29,184 bases of DNA from Chiloscyllium plagiosum. Lineage: Eukaryota. Where the stretch lies: assembly GCF_004010195.1 (NCBI RefSeq), contig NC_057755.1, forward strand, positions 211,042-240,225. The letters run 5' to 3'. A program made the translations under genes and the position numbers. The notes under the pieces are model-generated. The model worked only from the letters and a program-made list of their open reading frames with translations, had not been told where the DNA came from and did not search any database. Positions 10,562-21,036 of this stretch are shown piece after piece. Numbering within the stretch: position 1 is the first letter of the stretch; each line of letters begins with the position of its first letter.

Positions 10562-10960
10562 CCCCCCCCCAGCGNNNNNNNNNNNNNNNNNNNNNNNNNN
10601 NNNNNNNNNNNNNNNNNNNNNNNNNNNNNNNNNNNNNNNNNNNNNNNNNNNNNNNNNNNNNNNNNNNNNNNNNNNNNNNNNNNNNNNNNNNNNNNNNNNN
10701 NNNNNNNNNNNNNNNNNNNNNNNNNNNNNNNNNNNNNNNNNNNNNNNNNNNNNNNNNNNNNNNNNNNNNNNNNNNNNNNNNNNNNNNNNNNNNNNNNNNN
10801 NNNNNNNNNNNNNNNNNNNNNNNNNNNNNNTTTTTTAGCTTTGACAAAGGGTCAGTTAGACTCGAAACGACAGCTCTTTTCTCCCCTTACAGATTATGCC
10901 AGACCTGCTGACATTTTCCAGCATTTTCTCTTTCCGTTTCAGATTCCAAAATCGGCTGTA
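10115..10960 (+). mobile_element. Penelope-like element 3' end (GIY-YIG ORF terminus plus pLTR) spanning a gap
   Basis: 10130-10295 translates ACHSNTHSCSHAHRSVFGMLQCFSEAQRKLEVQHLISPLGTLRPADLNSEFNNFR*, matching the Penelope C-terminal RKLEEQHLIFRLGTLQP.GLN.EF. After the gap come the pLTR motifs ctcgaaacg...gccagacctgctgacattttccagcatt. Confidence 0.85.
10575..10830. other. Assembly gap (N run) preceded by poly-C
   Basis: 256 Ns; a poly-C run lies at ~10509-10570. Confidence 1.
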
Positions 10961-11311
10961 ATTCACTTTTATCCCATCACCAACTCACGCTGCAGTTACA
11001 CGTGCATAGTACATCACACTGACCAAGCCGATTCCTGGAGTGAGCTGAAACCCTGACATTACTGTTGATATCTATCACTTCCATGGACCTGGTTAACATT
11101 CCCAATCAGGGAACTCATGTTCACTGAGATCCACCTCATTACAATTCCTGCAGGTTTCCCTGTATTTCCCCTCTCCCTGTGCCCCTGCAATCAACACACT
11201 TCTTCTTACTCTGCATGCAATTCTCCCCTATTACTTTATATTAAATATTTCCCTTTCCTCTTTTCAACCCACTCCCAGTTATCCTGTTTTCAATTTTCTC
11301 CCTATTACTCT

Positions 11312-12058
11312 TGTTATGAGAGTTGAAGATCTATACTGTACCTTTTAAGAGGGAGCGAACGCTTTTATGGCAATGAGACTTTGTAGATACGTGTCATGTG
11401 ACTGACTAGCGGTCTCAGAATATATTGGAAAATTGTAAGTATGTAACATTTAGCTGCTCCGTTCACATTTAATCAGTTCAGATTTAATCATGCAGTTTAC
11501 ATGATGCCCCAGTATCTAAACCCCAACGATTTTGAATTTTACTGCTTTGACAACATTGAACCATCAGAAATGCCGATGTTTGAGCTATAAACAAGCTGGC
11601 ATTTTATTCAATTACCAGAGGGAGCGACCAACTGCCATCATCAGAGCATATGCTCACAACATACGCTCTATTCAAGGTACTTTTTCATATGAAGCATCTT
11701 TGCAGAAAAAGATTGAAGATGACCCATGGAAATCTTCAACAGAAAGAAGACACCAAAGACAACAGACAGCAGTTTTGAACATTAATTGATGCAAATTCAA
11801 AAGACTTTTATTGGATCAATATATTGTCATAGAGTTGAAGGTAGACAACAGACCACGAAGAGAAAGGAGGTTTAGACATGTAAATAGTTGATGTTTAATA
11901 TTACCTTTAGAGTTAAAGAATAAAATTGATGTTTTTCTTTGAATAGTGGAATTTGCGGAGTTCTCTGTCACTCATACTTTTAACAGATTATGAGCCGAAT
12001 TGAGCTGCTCCCTGCGTTTGGTTTAATTAGCAGAACGGTTCACCACTATGACGTAACA
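11312..12058 (+). mobile_element. Solo LTR (747 bp) with 4-bp target-site duplication, Gypsy/ERV-like
   Basis: Termini are TGTTATG...CGTAACA (inverted TG..CA ends). CTCT is on both sides (11308-11311, 12059-12062), and AATAAA occurs near 11919. Confidence 0.85.
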
Positions 12059-12644
12059 CTCTCCATTCCACCATCTGTATTCCCTTATATTGAAATTTCT
12101 TCACGTTACTCTCTGCCTAATCCACTTCGTGCTACTTGACATAAACTCCTGGCTTTTCCCCGTAGTCAACCCTTTCCTCGCTCAATTAACTTGAAACTTC
12201 TTCCAATAAAATTCCATTTACAACTTTCCTTATTATTTTGCATGAAATTCCATCCCATTATCGAGTATTCAACGCTCTCCCTATTACTCTCCATTTAACC
12301 TTCTCATTATTGTTATCTATTTAATCCTATCACCATTGTTCTGAATTGTATTCGCTCTCTGTTACAATCATTAGTCCCCTCTCTAACTCTGTCTGTCTTC
12401 CTCTGATGCTCTTCAATTTTGGTTCCCTGTTCCAGAATGCGTGTTCCCACCACAAGAACCAGAGTCTCGGAGTCATTACCAAATCACTCATCACAACTGC
12501 TAACACGTGAACGTCGCTATTCTGTGTTGCCGACCCTCTGGCCGGCCCTGGAATTGCAACTTCATTCCAAAGGACTGGAGGGGCTCAGCAGCTGAACCAC
12601 ATGTTAGACACTATATTGCTGATCGGGAGGAGGCAGGCATAACT

Positions 12645-13350
12645 TCAATATACAATTATATTTACATATAATTAGCAACAGTTCCAATACACAATATTTA
12701 TGTGCAAACTGGAACAGCTCCAATACAAAGTACAATTTATAGACATCAACTGGAACAGTTCAAATTCACAGCTTTTATGTATAACTGAACAGCTCCAGTA
12801 CACTTCAATATTTACATATAAACATGAACAGTTCTAATATACAATATTTAGATATGAACACAAACAGTTGTAATGCACAATTGTCAAACACAAATATGAA
12901 CAGTTTCAATACTGTTTCAATATACCACAAGATTTTTATATAAACGTAAATACTTAGCAAATGAAAAATTGTTTACATATAAATGTGTGTAGCTGCAACA
13001 CACAAGTGTTTGTACAAAATAGAGAACAGTTCTGAGATACAACAATACTTATATACAAGCATGAACAGCTCCGAAAAAAAAAGAAATTGAATACTAAAAT
13101 GAATATTGTCTAGATCCAACAATACGTATATTTACAAATGAGCAGTTCTAATACTGAATCATATTTATATATAAGCTGGAACTGCCGCAATGCAAAAGAA
13201 TATTTAGATGTAAACATAAACAGTTACAATGCACAATAATATTTGCATGTAAGCATGATCTGTTCCTTCACACAGCAATATTTGGACAGACACAAACAGC
13301 GCTAACATATAATAATCCATAATACTGTGTATCCAATACCTATAAAGATG
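12645..13350. repeat. Degenerate AT-rich minisatellite, unit ~36 bp
   Basis: Repeated atacacaatatttatatacaaac(a/t)(t/g)gaacagttcca-like unit; gaacagtt/gaacagct recurs about every 35-40 bp. Confidence 0.8.
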
Positions 13351-13439
13351 TAGTACAGTGTATGTGAATGATATAGAGAAAGGAAGTGAACGCGCTGTTG
13401 CCAGGTTTGCAGAAGACACATAAATAGTTGGGAGGGCAA

Positions 13440-13545
13440 GTTCTGTCAGATTCTGAGAATGTCAATGACCCTGAAGCGTTAAATCTGATTTCTCTTCATG
13501 TTTGCTGACAGACCTGCTATGATTTTCCAGCAATTTCTTTTATTT
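13440..13545 (+). mobile_element. Degenerate Penelope-type pLTR fragment
   Basis: ttctgagaatgtcaatgaccctgaagcgttaaatctgatttctc...tgctgacagacctgctatgattttccagcaatttc. Confidence 0.55.
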
Positions 13546-13684
13546 TTAGCTGATAAATACATCGTTGCTTCAAACATGGACAAATCGCTGGATTCCAGAA
13601 GTGAGGTGAGAGTGACGTCCATGTGGCCCTGACAAAATGACAATCAACACACACTCCCCATGAGTTGATGTCATATCTAGCACA

Positions 13685-14090
13685 TAGGAAGATGGTTGTG
13701 CTTGTTGTAGGTAAGTCATTTCAGCTCCAGCCTACCTCAGAGTAGTCTCCTAGGCCCAATCAACTTCAGTGGCTTTGTCAATATCTATCTGTTCATAGTG
13801 AATTTAAACATTATTGCTTCAAGAGCAGGTCAGAGGCGAGGAATACGACTCCTGACTCTCCAAAATTCAGAAGATAAAATTCAGAATTTTCATGGAATAC
13901 TTCACACTTGCCTGGAAGAATGCAGCTCCATCAACGATTAAGAAGCTTGACACAATCCCTAAAAAAAAAACATCCCCAGTTTGAGTGGCATCACATCCAC
14001 AATCATCCATTCCCTCAAACACTGACAGGAGCAGAAATATGTCCGTTCTACCAGATACACGGGAGAAAACCATCAAGGCTTTTTAGTCAG
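13685..14090 (+). mobile_element. Decayed CR1/L2-clade LINE RT fragment with internal deletions
   Basis: Motifs RKMVVLVVGKSFQLQ, LGPINFSGFVN, RAGQRRGI and MEYFTLAWKNAAPSTIKKLDTI. Confidence 0.75.
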
Positions 14091-14329
14091 TATCAATGCT
14101 AAATGCATCAGCTCTGCTGAAAACAATGTGCTTTCTCCAATAATCAGAGGAGACTCATGTTCTTTTTTTGTAGGGAACCATTTTTTGGATACTTACTTAC
14201 TCAGGATTATCTCACTCTTACCCAGTTGACCTGTTCCCCATATTAAACGCTGTCACTCCTCCCACCTCTCATCAGCATTTTGAAGATTGATGTGTTTATG
14301 TGAGTGTTTAAATTCCTATCATGTGTTGA

Positions 14330-14560
14330 CCATAATTGTACACAGTACTTCAGCTAGATCCTCAGCAAAATCCTGCAAAACGCCAACAAACACTCCCTGC
14401 TCCTTTCATCTGCAGCACGACTGATCAAGGTATGTAGTGTACACTTTTCCTTCTTAACTACTCTATTAATCTATCATGCTACCATTAGGGATCTGTGGAT
14501 AAGCATTCTAAGATCCCATTGTTCCTCTGAGCTTCATGGTGCCTTGCCTCTTGTTGAATA
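14330..14560 (-). mobile_element. Old CR1 RT C-terminal fragment
   Basis: The plus-strand text aattgtacacagtacttcagc...ctccctgctcct...ttagggatctgtgga...agatcc is the antisense of the CR1 LEYCVQF / RDLGV region. Confidence 0.5.
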
Positions 14561-14619
14561 TCCCCAAGTCTTATTTCACTCATTAGAAAATAGGTCTTTG
14601 AAACAAACTAACAGTTGAC

Positions 14620-15890
14620 GTTTCAACACATCCACCCTCACACAAATATACACACAAAAACAGAAACACACCCACATGTACAAATATAGTCAAATTGAGG
14701 CATAGGAACTTACTGTTAAACAGAAACCGGAACACGTCCGATCACCCACCTCAACACGTCAACACACAGCTTCAAAACTAAGATATGGGGGGAAATACTG
14801 CACACCGACATAGAAACATTCACTCGCTCACACACATACAGAGGAATACAATCAGATTGCAGTGTGTGGCCACACCTACACACAGATACATTAGCAGACT
14901 CACACTTCACACACACACTGTCATACTGAAATGCAGGAATAGACCAAATTACAGACAAGGAACACACAGATAGACACATAAAAGTCATCCTGCAATAAAG
15001 AAAAACACATTTACACACAGACACAGAATCACACCCACATCCCCACACACATACAGAACTGAATTCATACTGATACGCATTGCACATCAACATGCAAGAA
15101 CTTACAGAAACGTTCGTATAAACACACATGAGCACACTTAAACAAAGTTACAAAGCCACACATACAATTAGATACAGTCATAGCGTGATACTCAGAGAGA
15201 CATACCCACAGAGAGGCACAGAGAGATCCTGCTGTGGACACGGAACAATCTTGACCCATGAACAGACAGCCAAATACAGTCTGAACAGCACATTCACCTG
15301 TTGAAACAGTAGCACAGCCAGGCAGAGACACACACAGCATTCCATAATAATACACTGACAGTTAGGGACGCACCCATATACAGTCATGGAAACATCATGA
15401 CATGCTGACGCTCAGAAACACACACACACACACACACACACAGTCAGAGGAATGTAACCACGCACACACTGCCTACACAAACATAACAGATGTCGCTGTC
15501 AAAACTCACACAGATGCACATTCACATTGGCACATAACAAACAGAAACACAAAGAGACTCACTGGCAACGAACCATTCCCACACAGACTGAATAACATAC
15601 CCAAATGCATAATTACCGCAATATGTAGTCATAAAATAATTTCCAAAACAAACACATACACATGCACAGACAATCAGACAGACACGGAAACCAAAACTCA
15701 GAAGCAATAATTTAACTTTGTTTAAATTATTCATAATGTGTCAAGGAACATATTTAAAAAAGAGCCGTACACAGAGTGACTTCCCATGAAAGGCAATGAA
15801 ACATACTCACATACACAGACCCTCATAGACCGAAATTGAAACACAGAATCACAAACTCCCTCACAGAGACAGGGAGAGAGAGAGAGAGAG
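14620..15890. repeat. Degenerate (CA)n / CA-rich low-complexity tract with terminal (GA)n
   Basis: AC-rich throughout, with a perfect (CA)n at ~15418-15442 and (GA)n at ~15874-15890. Confidence 0.85.
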
Positions 15891-16099
15891 CGACATTCAA
15901 AGTGCAGGAGATGGAGGGATATTTCGTTTACAGAAATGCAACTAAAATTACGTCAAGGTATTGCTGGTTGTGTTTGTGAATTTTTTATTTTGCAAGGACC
16001 ACCTCGTCAGGTAAAATCAGTGAATGAAGTGATATGGATGTGTTTTCAACCAATTCATGTGAGCAAACTTTAAACTGAAGCAACATGTGTCTGATGTGG

Positions 16100-16222
16100 A
16101 GAAATTGAGTGCAGACACTGAAGATCAAAGTCGACAGTGTGGTGCTGGAAAAGCACAGCACGTCAGGCAGCATCTGAGGAGCAGGAGAATCGATGTTTTG
16201 TAAGCCCTTCGTCAGGAAAAGG
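16100..16222 (-). mobile_element. Penelope pLTR fragment
   Basis: gtgtggtgctggaaaagcacagcacgtcaggcagcatctgaggagcaggagaatcgatgttttgtaagcccttcgtcagga is the reverse complement of the 3262-3393 family. Confidence 0.8.
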
Positions 16223-16261
16223 GACTGATGTGGTCAGTTTGATAAAAGGATACAGGGTGAG

Positions 16262-16470
16262 GCGCAGAAAGAGATAGAGATAGAGACTAAGACAATCAGA
16301 TAAATAGAGATAAAGGGAGATAAATACACAGAGAGAGAGAGAGACTGACAGCAAGAACCTTAGAGCTGGGGGCAGTGATACGCAGATATTGTGAAATAAG
16401 GGGGAGGGAGATAGAGAAGAGAGGGACAGAGATAATGACATGGAGAAAGAGGCAGAGGAACAGAAGGCAA
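16262..16470. repeat. GA-rich low-complexity tract
   Basis: gagatagaga / gagaga repeats. Confidence 0.7.
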
Positions 16471-16884
16471 TATCATTGTGATATAAGTATACAGGAGTTG
16501 GTCTCATGAAACACGGTCAAAACTGAAAACAAAAACAAATACGCGTGAAATAATAAGCATACTAGATGAGAGGATCATCAGCAACCGGAAACTTTCTCTT
16601 GTTGTAATAAAATGTTTATTGAGAGTTGAAGAGACAGAATCTTACAATCATCAGATTGTTTCTGTTTCTGCCCATCCTCCTGCTCCCCTGCAGCGGAAAT
16701 ATGGGACCCGTCCTGTTGGTTTTTAATACTCATTCATGGGGAAGTCAGTGAAGATCCAATGTTCCAGCTGAAAACATCACTTGCAGCCAGTCCGTCATTG
16801 CTAATCACTTCTGCAGCCTCATTCGAACCTCCCCTGCCGCAGACAGTTAACTCTTCCCTCCTTACCTGCTGTCCCTTTTCATAC

Positions 16885-17050
16885 CTGTCAATGTTTCTTC
16901 AGTTGAAGGTGGATAGATTAATGTTAAGCCTGAGCACTATCGGGGGCAGACAGAAATGTGGATTACACTTTAGAATTGCATGAACTGTGATCTTCTGAAA
17001 TGGCGGGCGGACCAAACTAGAATGGCTGAATGGCTTCCTGCTGCTCATTG
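16885..17050 (+). mobile_element. CR1-type 3' end fragment
   Basis: aaggtggatagatt...atcttctgaaatggcgg...aatggctgaatggcttcctgctgctc. Confidence 0.55.
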
Positions 17051-17295
17051 TTTGTGCGTCCCCTTGTGTGTCAATCCGTCAGTCAATCGGAGATAGAAGT
17101 ATGTTCCTGAGTGTGGTGAAAGGTGACCCATACTGTTAATACACACCCTACCCATTAACTGCCGTGAGTTATACATAAATCCATGTGTTTGTGCTGCTTG
17201 AATCTTCGCCGTAGATATGCAATTTCTGCACTGGGAAAACTGTGGCTGCCTCTTGAGCTCTTTCAGTTGTTTTGCTGAGTCATTAAGTGAAGAAG

Positions 17296-17993
17296 CTATC
17301 TGACCAATTGGTGCACTGCATTCCTGAACTTCCCTCTGAACTTGCGCAGAGTCACTGCATAAAATAATGTGTTTGTGCTGCAGCTGACACCCTTCAGCAT
17401 TTTTGCACCGAACACAAAATTCTTTCGAAAACGAATGTACTTGGCAGCAATTGTTCCATTAATGCTGCAATATAAGAAATTTGCACACTGCACGACCAAC
17501 AGAAGTATGAAGCTGATGGAAATAAGGAACGAAAAATTACCGACTTCCACTGGCTCTCTACACCTGCATCTTTGTGACTCTCTCCCTTTCTCTGTCCCCT
17601 GAGGTTCTTGTGCACTCGACTGGCCACTAAAATGCACTACACGATCAGAGTGTACATCAACAGAATTAACTCGAATTGGATGAACGATGTTGAAATATTA
17701 TGAGACTGGTTTCATTCCAGCTAACTGGGATCAGTCAAATAATTTGAATTAGTTCTATCGTACCACAGAATATTATCAATTATTATTCTAGGTTTGAAGC
17801 AAAAATACAATAGAATGTTTATGTTTAACAGCGCATAATGCCGATTGCAGCCATAGCAACAGCCAAGGCTTTTTCTGTCCAATATTTTCTCTTCATTCTC
17901 AGACAGCAAAGGATCAAAGGAGGAAAGAACAGTGAACCAGATGGAACAGTGTGCAGCTGTATGAGGCAGAGCATACAAAGCACTCCACACAGG
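17296..17993 (-). pseudogene. GPR139-like: GPR139-like class A GPCR pseudogene, main coding exon from TM3 to TM7/helix 8; 5' part lies in the gap
   Basis: The stitched translation is PVWSALYALPHTAAHCSIWFTVLSSFD/LCCLRMKRKYWTEKALAVAMAAIGIMR/..FKPRIIIDNILWY..YLTDPS*LE*..FELILLMYTLIV*CILVASRVHKNLRGQRKGESHKDAGVESQWKSVIF/ISISFILLL..MLKGVSCSTNTLFYAVTLRKFRGKFRNAV. It follows the shark GPR139-like pattern (CSVWFTV.FSFDRFVAICC.K.K.KYCT; IIDNVPW; ILVASRVRK.LRGQ.KGE...D.EMESRRKS; LSCCTNTFIY.VTQ.KFR). There are at least 3 frameshifts and 3 stops, and the DRF motif is damaged. Confidence 0.9.
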
Positions 17994-18493
17994 NNNNNNN
18001 NNNNNNNNNNNNNNNNNNNNNNNNNNNNNNNNNNNNNNNNNNNNNNNNNNNNNNNNNNNNNNNNNNNNNNNNNNNNNNNNNNNNNNNNNNNNNNNNNNNN
18101 NNNNNNNNNNNNNNNNNNNNNNNNNNNNNNNNNNNNNNNNNNNNNNNNNNNNNNNNNNNNNNNNNNNNNNNNNNNNNNNNNNNNNNNNNNNNNNNNNNNN
18201 NNNNNNNNNNNNNNNNNNNNNNNNNNNNNNNNNNNNNNNNNNNNNNNNNNNNNNNNNNNNNNNNNNNNNNNNNNNNNNNNNNNNNNNNNNNNNNNNNNNN
18301 NNNNNNNNNNNNNNNNNNNNNNNNNNNNNNNNNNNNNNNNNNNNNNNNNNNNNNNNNNNNNNNNNNNNNNNNNNNNNNNNNNNNNNNNNNNNNNNNNNNN
18401 NNNNNNNNNNNNNNNNNNNNNNNNNNNNNNNNNNNNNNNNNNNNNNNNNNNNNNNNNNNNNNNNNNNNNNNNNNNNNNNNNNNNNNNNNNNNN
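17994..18493. other. Assembly gap (500 N)
   Basis: N run of round length, so the true size is unknown. Confidence 1.
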
Positions 18494-18677
18494 TTGACCA
18501 AATTAACATTTGTTGCATACCATGGCACCTGAACCGATTTATTTGTTTCACAGTCAAATGTTACATTTTAAATTATTAGCACAACCAGTGCCACTCTAAG
18601 TCCATGCCAGCTTCCAGTGTCTCTTAAAGTTACAGACTCCCTTAAAGGAACAGTATGCACCTACACCTTCATATCAG
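18494..18677 (-). mobile_element. 5' part of the solo LTR paralogous to 7747-8473, running into the gap
   Basis: The reverse complement tgatatgaaggtgtaggtgcatac...gacttagagtggcac matches 7747-7930. Confidence 0.75.
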
Positions 18678-19649
18678 AATGGACTGATCTACTTGCTTGG
18701 TGGACCTTATTTTACACTAAGAGTGAGACGTGGTTTTATATATATATATATATATACAACCTGTAAAAATCAGTCTTTTGCTCCACTATCCCCAGCAACA
18801 TGTCAGGCTGAAATGTCTATGCCCACACCCTCATTTAAAATTCCCAATTACAACTCATCGAACTGGACTTGTGGCTTTTCTTTCTACTCCCAAGCTTCCT
18901 GCTTCTTTGTCCTGATATTATCTGGAGATTTTGTGAGATCTGTCTGACTTAAGTGGCTTATTTATCTTTTTTGTGGAGGTGTTGGCGTTGAACCTGGATG
19001 GCTAAGTCCGAAGTCACACAACACCAGGTTGTCGTCCAATTGGTTTACTTGAAATCAGAAACGTTTGTTTGATTTCTGACCCTCTTCTTGTCAGTTATCC
19101 GGGTAATTTCAGATTGCAGTGGCATAGCAGCTGTTTGACATAACAATGTAATTAGCTTAAGTTAAATTTAGTTTCTATTGCAGGAAGAATATAATGTAAA
19201 ACATATTGGATACTTAAAATATTGTAGCAATGTCTCATCAACAACCTATTCCATGTTCAATCAAGTTGAAGGTTTGTGCATCTGTCTGGCTTGATTGAAT
19301 TTGCAGTGCTTCCTTGGTTTATATCTCAGTTCCACTGTTTCATTAAGACCAGTTCAATGTAACCAATCAAGAAAATTTTGGATAATGAACTAGGGTCCAC
19401 CATAGTGACTACCGATACCGAGATTCCTGTTCCAGGTCCGCAGTGCTGCTGCTGCAGATACTATTGATGCCATATTCCTCCAAGTTCGCCACCATAGGAG
19501 CAGAAGTTGAAGATGAAGATGATTAGCCAAGGCGATAGAAGGATGTGCCCGGCCTGGCGATTCGAATCAAATGGACTCAGGAGCTTGCCAATGCAGCCTT
19601 CTTACAACAAAAATTCAGGAAGAATTTCACGAGCGAGGTTCACCAGGAC

Positions 19650-20945
19650 TGGAGTGATTCACACGTAAAGTGAGACTAGATAGTCTGGGATTGGTTTCGG
19701 ACAAATTCAACAATGCCAAGCTGGTGTTCTTCTCTGACCACTGCGCTACAATGGAACGTGGAAACTGAATGTGAAACTGCTGATCCCAGAAAATATGGAG
19801 GAGCTCAACAAGGTTACCACCGGCTGGAAAAACGTGAAGCCCCACTTTGAGTCACCCCGAGACTTATGGGAAACCGTCCAGCAGAACATCTGGAGGACAT
19901 TTCTGTCGAAAGTCTTCTGAAGGTGAGAGAGAAACGGGGAGAATGTAAAAACTCCAGAAACGTTTGCAGAATCTTCATCTCGTGTAGACAATAGAGGTTG
20001 ATGTCATGGAAGGTGTTCAGGAAGTGAACAGCCAGGAAGCCTCACCCTTTATCTCAGACGCCTCCAAGATGCTTTCCAAGTCCAGGGTTCACACTGTGGA
20101 GCAGGAGGAGGCGTGGTCACGTTTGGTCTTTGAATGTTTGCACAGGGAGAGCTATGTGCTCAGAGCCTGAAGGGAGAACATGGATCTGTAGCGTTATCTC
20201 AGCCTGACATCCTGAGGATCAGCAAATCCTTTTATGTCAGACTGCATGACACGAAGCCCACAGAGAGTGCAACCTCCCGGTCATTGCTCCCTGTCATGTA
20301 GGTCTTAGACGAAAGCACATGGGAGAGGTTGCTGCAACCGTTATTTCTGGATGTGCTGACCAAGACCCTCGAGTCCTTAAAAACGAGTAAGACACCAGGA
20401 AGTGACAGCTTACCAACTTAGTTGTTTAATCTGTGTCAGACTTGCTTGGCCAGGGCTTCCTTGAAGTGGACAACACTCGGCTTCTGACAGGTCGTCTGTG
20501 TGAACCCATGAGGATAGGTGTCATCCCCCTCACCTACAATCAGAAGGGGGAGAGGACGACTGACGACCCACATCATTGCTCAATGAAAATTAAAATTTCT
20601 TGAATAAGGTCATCACCAACCGGCTCAGTTCTGCTTTGGGATCAGTGATTCACCCCGAACAGATCTGATCTGTACAGGCAGCCTCACAATTCTTAAGGAT
20701 AGAATCGCCTCCATGCAGGACAGGGGAGTCGGAAGCCCGCCTCATCAGCCTGCACCAGGAGGTCCTTGACAGGATCTCTCACACATCCATGAAGGATATT
20801 CTCTCAAAGCTAGGCTTTGTGGAGGGATTCCACCAATGAATCCGACTGCTGTCCACCAGCATTATTCGTGCAGCCTCAATCAATGGGAAACAGAAAGCTT
20901 CTTTATTAATCGATAGTCAGGCAGGGCTGCTCCCATCGCCTTTCC
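19650..20945 (+). mobile_element. Tx1-like LINE ORF2 fragment (endonuclease end to mid RT), disrupted
   Basis: Motifs KLVFFSDHC, GTWKLNVKLLIPENMEEL, SRVHTVEQEE, DILRISKSFY, KTPGSDSLP, LGSVIHPEQ, LISLHQE, DRISHTSMKDILSKLGFVEG and VRQGC, across frameshifts. Confidence 0.92.
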
Positions 20946-21036
20946 TGTAACATTGTTGACCTGGAGGCAGCTGAATCAGTGCTGCAAACCATTCAGGCAT
21001 TGCTTCCTTTTTAGCAGATGTCAATATACCGAGAAC

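Larger units (their letters stand above)
8970..12430. repeat. Old pyrimidine-rich degenerate tandem repeat interrupted by TEs and a gap
   Basis: Recurrent motif like ttctccctattactctgcatttaa in 8970-9250, 9610-10110, 11140-11311 and 12059-12430. Confidence 0.55.

Noticed and set aside
10374..11056. Long poly-Pro/poly-Gly ORFs
   Set aside because: They are produced by the poly-C run and the N gap.
12645..13350. CRISPR-like periodicity
   Set aside because: Eukaryotic context; the units are contiguous and degenerate with no spacers and no cas genes.
14716..15734. Cys/Val- and His/Thr-rich ORFs
   Set aside because: They are translations of CA/TG low-complexity sequence.
17721..18557. Long ORFs of 190-280 aa
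   Set aside because: They are mostly translated Ns; only the 17721-17993 minus part is GPCR-derived.
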